From positions 1 to 42,900 of the forward strand of contig CAYTSY010000008.1 of assembly GCA_964440555.1 (NCBI GenBank): a DNA stretch of 42,900 nucleotides, in the 5' to 3' direction. The position numbers were made by a program, and so were the translations under genes. Positions 1 through 8,341 of the stretch are shown in pieces. Positions within the stretch are counted from its first letter, which is position 1. Each line of letters begins with the position of its first letter. Below the pieces are notes generated by a model, which saw nothing but the letters and a program-made list of their open reading frames with translations, searched no databases and had not been told where the DNA came from. Source of the DNA: an uncultured Desulfobacteraceae bacterium (GTDB lineage: Bacteria > Desulfobacterota > Desulfobacteria > Desulfobacterales > UBA5616).

Positions 1-441
1 GCACTGCTTGGACTCTTGTTCGCCGGTCTTGCCTTCGCGGAGATCAAGCTCTTTTTCAATGGTATTCAAGTCAATGTCGGACATCATGGTTGCCCGGACC
101 CTGCCGTACTCTTCTTCCACTTTCAATTCGCTGACCCGGATCTTCTTTTTTTGACTTTCCTGGTAAAGGATTTCCCTGTTGATCAGATGGTCAAAGGTGT
201 TTTTTTTCAACACCCGGATTTCATCTTCATTTAAGAGCGTACCCATGCTTGTCAACCGTTGCTCCTCGCTCGAATAAGCCCATATAAAATCTTTTTTGGT
301 CACGGGGACGCCATTTACGGCCGCAATTTTTGCGTTTAAATCCCGATTATTTTGGGCAGGCCAAACCAAAGGCGGCCAAGCCGTGGGACCAGCCAGGGTG
401 AAAAGTGAAATTAAAAATATCACAGCAGATCTTTGTTTCAT
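1..441 (-). CDS. SurA/PpiD-like periplasmic chaperone, N-terminal part (gene continues beyond the left window edge)
   Basis: Absent from the ORF track because there is no stop in the window. The reverse complement of 1-441 is open from the ATG at 441-439. It reads MKQRSAVIFLISLFTLAGPTAW (signal peptide), then IAAVNGVPVTKKDF...LINREILYQESQKKKI, which resembles SurA_N-type chaperone domains. Confidence 0.55.
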   Translation of the reverse strand, partial: MKQRSAVIFLISLFTLAGPTAWPPLVWPAQNNRDLNAKIAAVNGVPVTKKDFIWAYSSEEQRLTSMGTLLNEDEIRVLKKNTFDHLINREILYQESQKKKIRVSELKVEEEYGRVRATMMSDIDLNTIEKELDLREGKTGEQESKQC

Positions 442-813
442 TTATCGGGCTCCTTGTTAAAAAACCATTTTCCAATCACTGAAAATAAACCGAACGCACG
501 TGTATTCCAATCATGTTATTATTACCATATTCAGAATATTTTTAAAGGTAATTTTTATGCACCGCCCGGCCGGTTTTGTGCTGTCAGGTTCCCCAAAATA
601 AGCAAAGCCCCTTTTTTGAGCTGGAAGGTTGGCGGCAAGCTTGTATCAGCACATGAAGAAATCGATGAATGGATAGAAAATAGCCGGGGTGTAAGACCTT
701 TAGATTTAAAAAGATTGAAGTGAGGCAGCAGATAATGTATAAGTACGAAGATACATGCTATGGAAGAGCATCTGAAGAATCTAGGGGTGGTAGTAACTCC
801 TTGGTCTTGTATG

Positions 814-890
<77 letters not shown>

Positions 891-1088
891 TTAAACCAAG
901 CCGATTGATAGCATATGTGATGGGGGTTGTCCATATGAAATTCACGCCCCCAAAACTCCCGTAAAAAGCGTATTTTCCCTGTTTTTTGCGGGATAGTCGT
1001 GATATGAGTGAAAAAGATAAAATTTCAGGCAATGTCGAAATTGCCGGAGAGGAAAAAGGAAAGGGGACAAGCAGGCGCTTCAAATCAC

Positions 1089-1964
1089 ATGGAAAAATCT
1101 CTTGTTAAATACGATCCTCTTCAGCGTTATCTCTCTGAAATAAGTCAATACCCATTGCTTACCCGCGAACAGGAGCGGGATCTGGCCATCCAGGTTCAAC
1201 AATACGGGGACAATGACGCCGCTTATAAAATGGTGACATCCAATTTGCGACTTGTCGTTAAAATCGCTTTGGAATTTCAGAGAATCTGGATGCAAAATTT
1301 ATTGGACTTGATCCAGGAAGGCAACATCGGATTGATGCAGGCCGTAAAAAAATTCGATCCGTATAAAAATGTTAAATTTTCCTACTATTCTTCTTTTTGG
1401 ATAAAGGCGTATATTTTAAAATTTATCATGGACAACTGGCGTCTTGTCAAGATCGGTACGACCCAGGGACAGCGCAAATTATTTTTCAGACTGAAAAAAG
1501 AAAAACAGCTCCTGTTGGACCAGGGATTTGACCCAAAGCCGAAACTGCTTTCGCAAAAGCTCGGCGTTTCAGAGCAGGAGATCATCAATATGGATCAGCG
1601 CCTCGACGGGTGGGACGTTTCTCTGGATGCCCCACTGAAAGAGGATTCGGATTCCGAGAGAATCGATTTTTTCAGTTCCGGTGAGGAATCTGCTGAAGAT
1701 CATATCGCCCGGATGGAAATCGAATCGATTTTAAATGACAAAATAGCCACTTTCAAAGGGAATATGAGCAAAAGAGAACTTGAGATATTTGAACAACGGG
1801 TCTTTTCCGATTCTCCCGCGACGTTGCAGGAAATCGGCGATAAATATGGAATCTCACGCGAGCGGGTCCGGCAGATCGAAAAAAATATCATTAAAAAAAT
1901 GAAGGAATATTTCAACAGGGAAATTCCTGACTTCAGTTCATATGCAGCAGATGAAAAACAATAA
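1089..1964 (+). CDS. rpoH: RNA polymerase sigma-32 (heat-shock sigma factor RpoH)
   Basis: Sigma70-family regions 2-4 are present (LIQEGNIGLMQAVKKFDP, ISRERVRQIEKNIIKKM), plus an RpoH-box-like QGQRKLFFRLKKE. The start is ambiguous (GTG 1008, ATG 1032 or ATG 1089). Confidence 0.8.
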   Translation: MEKSLVKYDPLQRYLSEISQYPLLTREQERDLAIQVQQYGDNDAAYKMVTSNLRLVVKIALEFQRIWMQNLLDLIQEGNIGLMQAVKKFDPYKNVKFSYYSSFWIKAYILKFIMDNWRLVKIGTTQGQRKLFFRLKKEKQLLLDQGFDPKPKLLSQKLGVSEQEIINMDQRLDGWDVSLDAPLKEDSDSERIDFFSSGEESAEDHIARMEIESILNDKIATFKGNMSKRELEIFEQRVFSDSPATLQEIGDKYGISRERVRQIEKNIIKKMKEYFNREIPDFSSYAADEKQ

Positions 1965-3738
1965 AGTATCAGAAATCAAATTAAAGATGGTCCATTGGGC
2001 AGCAGATGCCATTTTTTCCACGGTTATTTTTTGCGGGCTGATTTTCCCGGGGTGTTCCGCTTTTCGGCATCCCTCCCCCCTCAAACAGCCTGCCACGGGC
2101 GTATTGAGCCCATCTGATGAAAAGTCCGGGACTCAAAACGGGAATTCATTTTTTTTCTTTGCAAAATCCCAACTGGACCTCAAACAAGGAGACACGGATA
2201 AGGCTGTTCAAAATCTTAAACAGGCTATAGAACTTGATCCGAATGTCTTGTTTCTGAAAAGGGAGCTGGCGCAGCTCCATTGGCAGCGCAAAGAAGCCGA
2301 GGCTGCTGATGCCATTGTCTCAGATTTAATGTCCAAGGATCCGGATGATATCGAAAACCTGATGCTTTACGCGAGAATCAAGCATGGAATGAATGAACTG
2401 GATGAAGCCAAATCCGCCTATGAAAAAGTGATTGCAAAGGATCCGAAACAAAAAAACATTTATTTGCTGTTGGGTGGATTATACATGGATGAAAGCAACC
2501 CGGACTTCGCTGTCCAGGTCTACCAAAAGCTGCTGAAACAATTTCCGGAAGATTTTGCCGGTTACTATCTGATGGCACAGGCGCAGACATTAAAGAGAAA
2601 ACCGGTTGAAGCGGAACAAAATTTTCTCAAGGCGCTGGAAATCGAGCCCGAACTCGATGAAGCCCGATACGAGCTCATTGCGCTATATAAAGCCAAAAAC
2701 CGGGGTATCGGCAATGAAAAGATTATCGGTCTGTATTTGGAGATGCTGGCCAGAAACCCGAACAATATCCGTGCGTCCATGGAATTGGGATATTTTTACC
2801 GGCAAATCGGGCGGTCTGCGGAAGCCGATAAAATTTTTACGGCATTGGGTAAAAGGAGCCTGACCGATAAATATGTGATCCAGCATGTGCTCCAGTTCTA
2901 TCTGGAGCAACAAAAATTCGATGAAGCGCTGGCTATTTTAAGACAAATGCTGCACGGCGCTCCAGAGAGTTCTGAGATCGAGTATATCATCGGAATTGCC
3001 TATGACGGGAAAAAAGAAAATGAGGCCGCGATACATCACTTAAAACGCGTTGATCCGGATTCACGTTTTTTCCAGAATGCCGTGACGCACATCGCGTTTT
3101 TATACCAGGAATCCGGAAAAACAGAAGAAGCCATTGCCTATCTGGAAGAAGTGATTGATCATGCGCCCCGCAATGTTGAACCCAGGCTTTATTTAGGGGC
3201 TCTTTACGAGGAGTCTGAACTGTTTGAGAAAGCCGAGGCCGTGTTAAAGGAAGGAATCGGGATTGAACCGGATAACCCGAAATTCTTTTTCCGGCTTGGC
3301 GTGGTTTATGACAAGTGGGGGAAAAAAGACGATTCGATCGCGATGATGAAAGAGGCTGTCCGGATCGATCCAAAAGATGCCAATTCGCTGAATTATTTGG
3401 GATACACCTATGCTGAGATGGGCAAGAATCTGGACGAGGCCGAGCGCCTGGTGCGCGAAGCCCTGAAATACAAACCGGATGACGGGTATATCATTGATAG
3501 CCTGGGATGGGTGTATTTTAAAAAAGGCGAATATGAAAAAGCTCTTTTATTTTTAAAAAAAGCTATCCAACGGGTTCCCGAAGATCCAACCATCCTTGAA
3601 CATCTGGGAGACGTTTACCTTAAGGCCAATAATCAAAAAAAAGCCCTTGAATTCTATCAGCAGTCCATGATGAATGCAACCGAGGGAAAAGACAATCTGG
3701 ATAAAAAAATCAAGGAACTGATCAATCTGGGGTATTGA
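1942..3738 (+). CDS. TPR-repeat protein, probably secreted or a lipoprotein
   Basis: 598 aa with many 34-aa TPR-like units (A..Y.kAl.ldP). The N-terminal hydrophobic stretch ends in FPGC. Alternative starts are at 1951 and 1987. It overlaps the rpoH end. Confidence 0.8.
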   Translation: MQQMKNNKVSEIKLKMVHWAADAIFSTVIFCGLIFPGCSAFRHPSPLKQPATGVLSPSDEKSGTQNGNSFFFFAKSQLDLKQGDTDKAVQNLKQAIELDPNVLFLKRELAQLHWQRKEAEAADAIVSDLMSKDPDDIENLMLYARIKHGMNELDEAKSAYEKVIAKDPKQKNIYLLLGGLYMDESNPDFAVQVYQKLLKQFPEDFAGYYLMAQAQTLKRKPVEAEQNFLKALEIEPELDEARYELIALYKAKNRGIGNEKIIGLYLEMLARNPNNIRASMELGYFYRQIGRSAEADKIFTALGKRSLTDKYVIQHVLQFYLEQQKFDEALAILRQMLHGAPESSEIEYIIGIAYDGKKENEAAIHHLKRVDPDSRFFQNAVTHIAFLYQESGKTEEAIAYLEEVIDHAPRNVEPRLYLGALYEESELFEKAEAVLKEGIGIEPDNPKFFFRLGVVYDKWGKKDDSIAMMKEAVRIDPKDANSLNYLGYTYAEMGKNLDEAERLVREALKYKPDDGYIIDSLGWVYFKKGEYEKALLFLKKAIQRVPEDPTILEHLGDVYLKANNQKKALEFYQQSMMNATEGKDNLDKKIKELINLGY

Positions 3739-4550
3739 TGTCTGTGTTCAGGAAAGTGTTTATTTCGTATTTTCTGTTGATCCAGGCCGTGGGTATTTCT
3801 TCATGCGGCAACATCAATCGAAGGCACACCCACCCGCTTTTCGATATGCGTTCTTATGAAATGTCCGCTCCGGAAAGTGACGAAATCAGCCGCCTGATTT
3901 CGTCGCTGCAACAAAGAAATGCCGCGGTTTCCACGTATAAGGGGATCGGGAACGTAAAGCTCTGGAATAACAAGCACGTCATTTCAAGCCGGGCCGCCTG
4001 GATCGGAGACTCTCCTCTGAAGCTGCGTCTGGAAATGCTGGGAATTCATGGCGGACCGATCGCCAGCGTTGCGATAAACGGACAAAATTTTTATTATTAT
4101 TCCCATGCCGATAAAAAATATTACGCGCGGCCTTTGACCGATGACGGCTTAAAGCCTTTTGTATCCTTTCCCTTGCCGGTGGAAGTGGTGACCCATCTGC
4201 TTATGGGCCGGATTCCGGTGTATGCATACCGGGCGGCTAAAATCATGGAAAATCCTTCCCAAGAAGGTTATATTTTGACGCTTGTTTCGAAAGACGCGAA
4301 AAAAGCCCAAAAGATTTTTTTAAACAGCGAGACAACGGGCATGTTCAGGATCGAATATTACGAGAAAAACGGATCATTGGCAGTCAGCGCGGCATTAAGC
4401 GATCACCGGAGGGTTGCATCTTTTGAAATTCCTTTCGCCATTACCATATCAGACGGTAAAGGAAGCGGATTAAAAATGGATATTGACCGGTACTGGACGG
4501 ACGTGGCGGTTGAGCCTTCCGTCTTTGTACTGCCGCGCAATGCCGGGTGA
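3735..4550 (+). CDS. Lipoprotein, LolB-like / DUF4292-like
   Basis: Signal peptide with lipobox (AVGISSC). There is a 4-nt start/stop overlap with the TPR gene. The beta-rich sequence resembles the LolB/DUF4292 fold; the family call is from memory only. Confidence 0.5.
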   Translation: MMSVFRKVFISYFLLIQAVGISSCGNINRRHTHPLFDMRSYEMSAPESDEISRLISSLQQRNAAVSTYKGIGNVKLWNNKHVISSRAAWIGDSPLKLRLEMLGIHGGPIASVAINGQNFYYYSHADKKYYARPLTDDGLKPFVSFPLPVEVVTHLLMGRIPVYAYRAAKIMENPSQEGYILTLVSKDAKKAQKIFLNSETTGMFRIEYYEKNGSLAVSAALSDHRRVASFEIPFAITISDGKGSGLKMDIDRYWTDVAVEPSVFVLPRNAG

Positions 4551-4567
4551 ACGTGTTATAAAAGGTT

Positions 4568-5353
4568 ATGATGAGTTCTGCCAAGTTTGTCGCCATTGAG
4601 GGACGCCTGAAAAAATGTAAGAACGTGGTGACGTTAGGGGCCAAACCCAATTTCTCGGATTATGCCGCCGACGCGCGGCAATTGATCCGCAAGGCTGAGA
4701 CAATTTATTACCCTTCTTCGTTTTATGCGCCATTGTTCGATGCCATGGGTAAAAAAACATTTCCTTCCCCTTCAACCTACCAGTTTGCTCAGGATAAGAT
4801 CAAACAAACCGCCTTGTTCACCCTTCTGAACATCCCTCATCCCCGCACCCGGATCTTTTACGGGAACCGCGCGCATCAAACCATTGCAAACCATTTTGCT
4901 TTCCCTTTTATCGGGAAAATCCCCAGGGGCTCATCCTTGGGAAAGGGCGTGTACTTGATTACGGATCATGCGTCGCTGATGAAATACTGCCAATCCACCC
5001 ATGCCGCCTATATACAGGAATATTTTCCCATTGATCGCGATATGCGGATTGTCGTGATCGGACAGCGGGTGGCCCTGGCGTATTGGCGGATTGCCGCGCC
5101 GGGGGAATTCAGAACCAATGTTGCCGTGGGCGCTTCCATCTGTTTGGAAGCAGTGCCCGACGAGGCAATTGATCTGGCCCTTGACGCTGCAAGAAGATGC
5201 CGGTGGGATGACGTGGGGATCGACGTGATGTCCCATCAGAACAGGTTTTACGTTATTGAAGGGAATATGAAGTACGGGAAAGCCGGATTTGAAGCCGCAG
5301 GTATCGACTATTATAAAATGATGGAAGAGAAATTGGAAAATGGTGAAATCTAA
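4568..5353 (+). CDS. ATP-grasp domain protein (RimK-like ligase)
   Basis: Shows the FPFIGKIPRGSSLGKGVYLI ... QEYFPIDRDMRIVVIG ... RFYVIEGN pattern typical of the RimK/ATP-grasp fold. Confidence 0.7.
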   Translation: MMSSAKFVAIEGRLKKCKNVVTLGAKPNFSDYAADARQLIRKAETIYYPSSFYAPLFDAMGKKTFPSPSTYQFAQDKIKQTALFTLLNIPHPRTRIFYGNRAHQTIANHFAFPFIGKIPRGSSLGKGVYLITDHASLMKYCQSTHAAYIQEYFPIDRDMRIVVIGQRVALAYWRIAAPGEFRTNVAVGASICLEAVPDEAIDLALDAARRCRWDDVGIDVMSHQNRFYVIEGNMKYGKAGFEAAGIDYYKMMEEKLENGEI

Positions 5354-6536
5354 CCCGCATCATCTTGAAATAGATGTATCTGAAACTGATTTGGGCAGGA
5401 TAAAGAATAATCTGGATATAATGGAATCAGACCGGTTGTCGCCGTTTGCCGCGCAAAGCCGCAACGGCATCAGACGAAAGCAGGACACCCATTCCGAAAC
5501 CGGCTACCGGCAATGCTTTTCATTGGATGTGGACAGGATTCTGCACTCCCTTGCCTATACCCGCTACATCGACAAAACCCAGGTGTTTTCCCTGATTGTT
5601 AACGACCACATCACCCACCGGGTCCTGCATGTGCAACTGCTGTCTAAAATAGCCCGGACCATCGGCCGGTTTTTGAGCCTGAATGAGGATCTAATCGAAG
5701 CAGTCGCATTGGGCCATGACATCGGACACCCGCCTTTCGGCCATGAGGGAGAAAGAATCCTCTCGTCGCTATGCCGCCGGCAGGGAATCGGATCATTTGT
5801 TCACAGCGCCCAGAGCATTCAGTTTCTGGATCAGGTGGAACGTGACGGACAGGGATGGAACCTGTGCCTGCAGACCCTGGACGGTATCCTTTGCCATGAC
5901 GGGGAAATCCATGATCCGTTTCTGGAACCGGATCCGTGCAAATCCTTTGACGCCCTGGATGCCGAGGTCCGAAAGAAAGTTGAAGACCCGGAATGCCGGC
6001 TTCGTCCCATGACGCTGGAGGGGTGCGTAGTCCGAATGGCCGACACCATCAGTTACATCGGAAGGGACCTGGAAGACGCCATCCGTCTGGGATTGATCAA
6101 AAGAACCGATATCCCAGCAAAAATCGTCAAAATCCTGGGCAACACCAATGGAACAATCGTTTACACGCTTGTGACGGATGTCATCACAAGCAGTCTGAAT
6201 CAAGGCTTTACAGCCTTCAGCAGTCCTGTCTCCGAGGCCCTCGAAAACCTGAAGCGGTTTAATCTGGATCGTATTTACAACAACCCCAAGACCAGACAGC
6301 ACCTGGGAAATATTGAAAGCCTCTATGGCATGTTGTTTGAAAAATTTATGTCCGATTTAAAGGAGCATAACGACGCTTCAGTTATTTTTGCCGGATTTTT
6401 GAAAAACAAATCAAAAAGCTATACCGAGAGAAATCGTGATCCCGAAATCGTAAGGGATTTTATTTCCGGCATGACGGACAGCTATTTTTTAAGTCAGTGT
6501 CCCGAGGATGTAAGGCCTGTGTCGATTTTTCTGTAA
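5340..6536 (+). CDS. dGTPase-like HD-domain phosphohydrolase
   Basis: Carries RTR..H...V motifs and the HDIGHPPFGHEGE signature of the dGTP triphosphohydrolase-like family. It overlaps the ATP-grasp stop by 14 nt. Confidence 0.8.
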   Translation: MVKSNPHHLEIDVSETDLGRIKNNLDIMESDRLSPFAAQSRNGIRRKQDTHSETGYRQCFSLDVDRILHSLAYTRYIDKTQVFSLIVNDHITHRVLHVQLLSKIARTIGRFLSLNEDLIEAVALGHDIGHPPFGHEGERILSSLCRRQGIGSFVHSAQSIQFLDQVERDGQGWNLCLQTLDGILCHDGEIHDPFLEPDPCKSFDALDAEVRKKVEDPECRLRPMTLEGCVVRMADTISYIGRDLEDAIRLGLIKRTDIPAKIVKILGNTNGTIVYTLVTDVITSSLNQGFTAFSSPVSEALENLKRFNLDRIYNNPKTRQHLGNIESLYGMLFEKFMSDLKEHNDASVIFAGFLKNKSKSYTERNRDPEIVRDFISGMTDSYFLSQCPEDVRPVSIFL

Positions 6537-6557
6537 ACGAAGCCTGTGAAATAAATT

Positions 6558-6646
6558 GTTGATGGTTGACCGTTGACCATTGATGGTTGTAATCTTTTTT
6601 CAACTTTCAACTTTCAACTTTAAACTTTCAACTTTCAACTTTAAAC
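6558..6646. repeat. Two adjacent heptamer arrays: (GTTGAYS)x5 at 6558-6590 and (CAACTTT/AAACTTT)x6.5 at 6601-6646
   Basis: Direct reading gives GTTGATG GTTGACC GTTGACC ATTGATG GTTGT, an 11-nt spacer, then CAACTTT CAACTTT CAACTTT AAACTTT CAACTTT CAACTTT AAAC. GTTG and CAAC are complementary at every heptad. Confidence 0.9.
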
Positions 6647-6648
6647 AT

Positions 6649-7392
6649 ATGGTAAAAGCCGAAAAACGCAGTTACAGGAACCTCATCAATCAAGAAACGT
6701 TAAAAACATACAGAATCATTGTTAAGGAAACGGACCTGTATGTGCATACAAAAACCGATTTGACGGAACTGGCCGCTGAATCGGTGCTTCGCTTAAGGGG
6801 ATATATAGAATCCTATATTAAAAGGTTTCCCGAATTTTTCAGTACGCTCAACCCATGGCGTGATCCCGGGCCCTGTCCGGAAATCATCCGCGATATGATT
6901 GATGCAGGAAATACAGCGGGGGTCGGCCCGATGGCTGCTGTTGCGGGCGCCATCGCGGAGCGTGTGGGCAGGGACCTGTTAAGGCATACGGATGAGGTTA
7001 TCATAGAAAACGGGGGCGATACATTTATCAAAATCCATTGTCCGGTTTCCGCAGGCATATACGCCGGCGGTTCCTTACTGAGTCTGCGTGTGGGTCTGCG
7101 TATCGATTCTTCGGAGGATCCGGTTTCCGTGTGCACCTCATCCGGGACGGTGGGTCACTCCCTGAGCTTTGGAAAGGCTGATGCGGTTTGTGTAAAATCC
7201 GCCTCATGCGCTCTTGCCGATGCGGCTGCAACGGCAATCGGAAACAGGGTGAAAAAGGCTTCTGATATTCCGGATGCGGTTACATTCGGAAAAGAAATCC
7301 CCGGCGTGGACGGTCTTGTCGTGATTTTCAGAGAGTCGATGGGGATATGGGGAAACCTCGAAGTGATACCTCTTCAGGGAAAAAAACCTTGA
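6649..7392 (+). CDS. UPF0280 family protein (ApbE-superfamily-like)
   Basis: Contains KETDLYV, GVGPMAAVAGAIAERVG and IIENGGDTF motifs characteristic of UPF0280. The ORF-track start at 6580 translates the heptamer repeat (FQLSTFNFKLSTFNFK), so the ATG at 6649 is preferred. Confidence 0.7.
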   Translation: MVKAEKRSYRNLINQETLKTYRIIVKETDLYVHTKTDLTELAAESVLRLRGYIESYIKRFPEFFSTLNPWRDPGPCPEIIRDMIDAGNTAGVGPMAAVAGAIAERVGRDLLRHTDEVIIENGGDTFIKIHCPVSAGIYAGGSLLSLRVGLRIDSSEDPVSVCTSSGTVGHSLSFGKADAVCVKSASCALADAAATAIGNRVKKASDIPDAVTFGKEIPGVDGLVVIFRESMGIWGNLEVIPLQGKKP

Positions 7393-7418
7393 GTTTTTAC
7401 GTTTGAAAGGAGTATAGG

Positions 7419-7931
7419 ATGCAAACTATGTGGGCGCCTTGGCGCATCGAATATATTTTGGAAAATAAAGACCATGGCTGTGTTTTTTGCGAGGCAATGC
7501 AACAAAAAGATGAGCTGACCCTTTTCAAAGGCAGCAACGTCATGGTGGTGATGAACAAATTTCCCTATATCAACGGTCATCTGCTCGTAGCGCCGGTACA
7601 TCATGTGTCGAGGTTGGATCAGATGACCGAAAGAGAAATGGGAAAGCTTCTCGCGATGGTGGAAAAATCCATCGGAATCCTGAAGCTTCAAATGAATCCG
7701 GACGGTTTTAATGTGGGCTTAAATCTCGGGAAGGTCGCCGGCGCCGGTATTGAAGCGCATCTGCATTTTCACATTGTGCCCCGATGGCACGGAGATACAA
7801 ATGCGCTGACTGTCTTTGCAGATGTACGGGTCATTCCGGAACATCTCGAGGCCACGTACAGGAAACTGAAGCCATGTTTTGATGCCGTAAAGGAAAACAG
7901 ATCAAACCCACGGGAGAAATCAAATGAATAA
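7419..7931 (+). CDS. HIT family protein (histidine triad nucleotide hydrolase/transferase)
   Basis: Contains CVFC, MNKFPYINGHLLVAP and the histidine-triad HLHFHIVPRW. Confidence 0.8.
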   Translation: MQTMWAPWRIEYILENKDHGCVFCEAMQQKDELTLFKGSNVMVVMNKFPYINGHLLVAPVHHVSRLDQMTEREMGKLLAMVEKSIGILKLQMNPDGFNVGLNLGKVAGAGIEAHLHFHIVPRWHGDTNALTVFADVRVIPEHLEATYRKLKPCFDAVKENRSNPREKSNE

Positions 7932-8307
7932 AGCAAAGGGAATTTTTTGGTTGGTTGTCCTTGGAATTTTTGCGTTCCTGTTTTTCCAGAACCAGGATTT
8001 TTTTCTAGAAAGGCGGACCCTGCGGCTCAACCTGTTTTGAGGAGGCGAGCACACTACCCCGGACTTGCCGGTCGCGCTTTTTTTTGTTGTTTTTTCTCTT
8101 CTCGGGTTCTTAATCGCTTATTTTTTCGGTCTTTATGCAAAATTCAAGGCTGGTCAAACAATTAAAAGCCTGCATGCCAAACAGAATTTACACCTTGAAT
8201 CCATTTCCAATTTAAATGCGGAGATTGAATCCCTGAAATCGGCTCTTGACCGGAAAGACAGAGAAACTTCTCCCGTTGCTTCCGAAGTGGAACAGACTCA
8301 ACAATAA
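7924..8307 (+). pseudogene. LapA-domain (DUF1049-like) inner-membrane protein interrupted by an in-frame TGA at 8038-8040
   Basis: The ATG at 7924 gives MNKAKGIFWLVVLGIFAFLFFQNQDFFLERRTLRLNLF, then TGA. The same frame continues as GGEHTTPDLPVALFFVVFSLLGFLIAYFFGLYAKFK... followed by a coiled-coil tail. Together these give the two-TM LapA architecture; the ORF track only calls 8065-8307. Confidence 0.5.
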
Positions 8308-8341
8308 TCTTCTCATGTGTGACCTGAAAAAACTGTAGAAA

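Noticed and set aside
433-723. The 96-aa ORF as a genuine full-length gene
   Set aside because: The N-terminal two-thirds is AT-rich, low-complexity sequence that overlaps the SurA-like start region. Only the C-terminal approximately 30 aa look protein-like, and these are reported as a possible gene remnant.
1027-1045. GGCA...TTGC motif upstream of, or inside, the rpoH 5' region as a sigma54 promoter
   Set aside because: The GG-to-GC spacing is 15 nt instead of 12. It also forms a simple GGCAAT/ATTGCC inverted repeat, so it is not a credible -24/-12 element.
6558-6646. The heptamer arrays as a possible CRISPR array
   Set aside because: The units are 7 nt and contiguous, with no 25-40 nt repeats or unique spacers, and there are no cas genes in the window.
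6580-6648. N-terminal extensions of ORF-track calls that translate heptamer repeats (also 20327-20464, 35590-35652 and 41301-41423)
   Set aside because: The extensions encode low-complexity repeat peptides (for example FQLSTFNFKLSTFNFK). In three of the four cases better starts with RBS-like sequences lie downstream (the htrA ATG at 41424 has none). They are treated as artefacts of repeat DNA being open.
8038-8090. Selenocysteine recoding of the in-frame TGA in the LapA-like gene
   Set aside because: There is no convincing SECIS-type stem-loop downstream (only a 4-bp CCGG stem), and the position is a membrane-protein loop with no expected redox role. It is kept only as a remote alternative within the finding.
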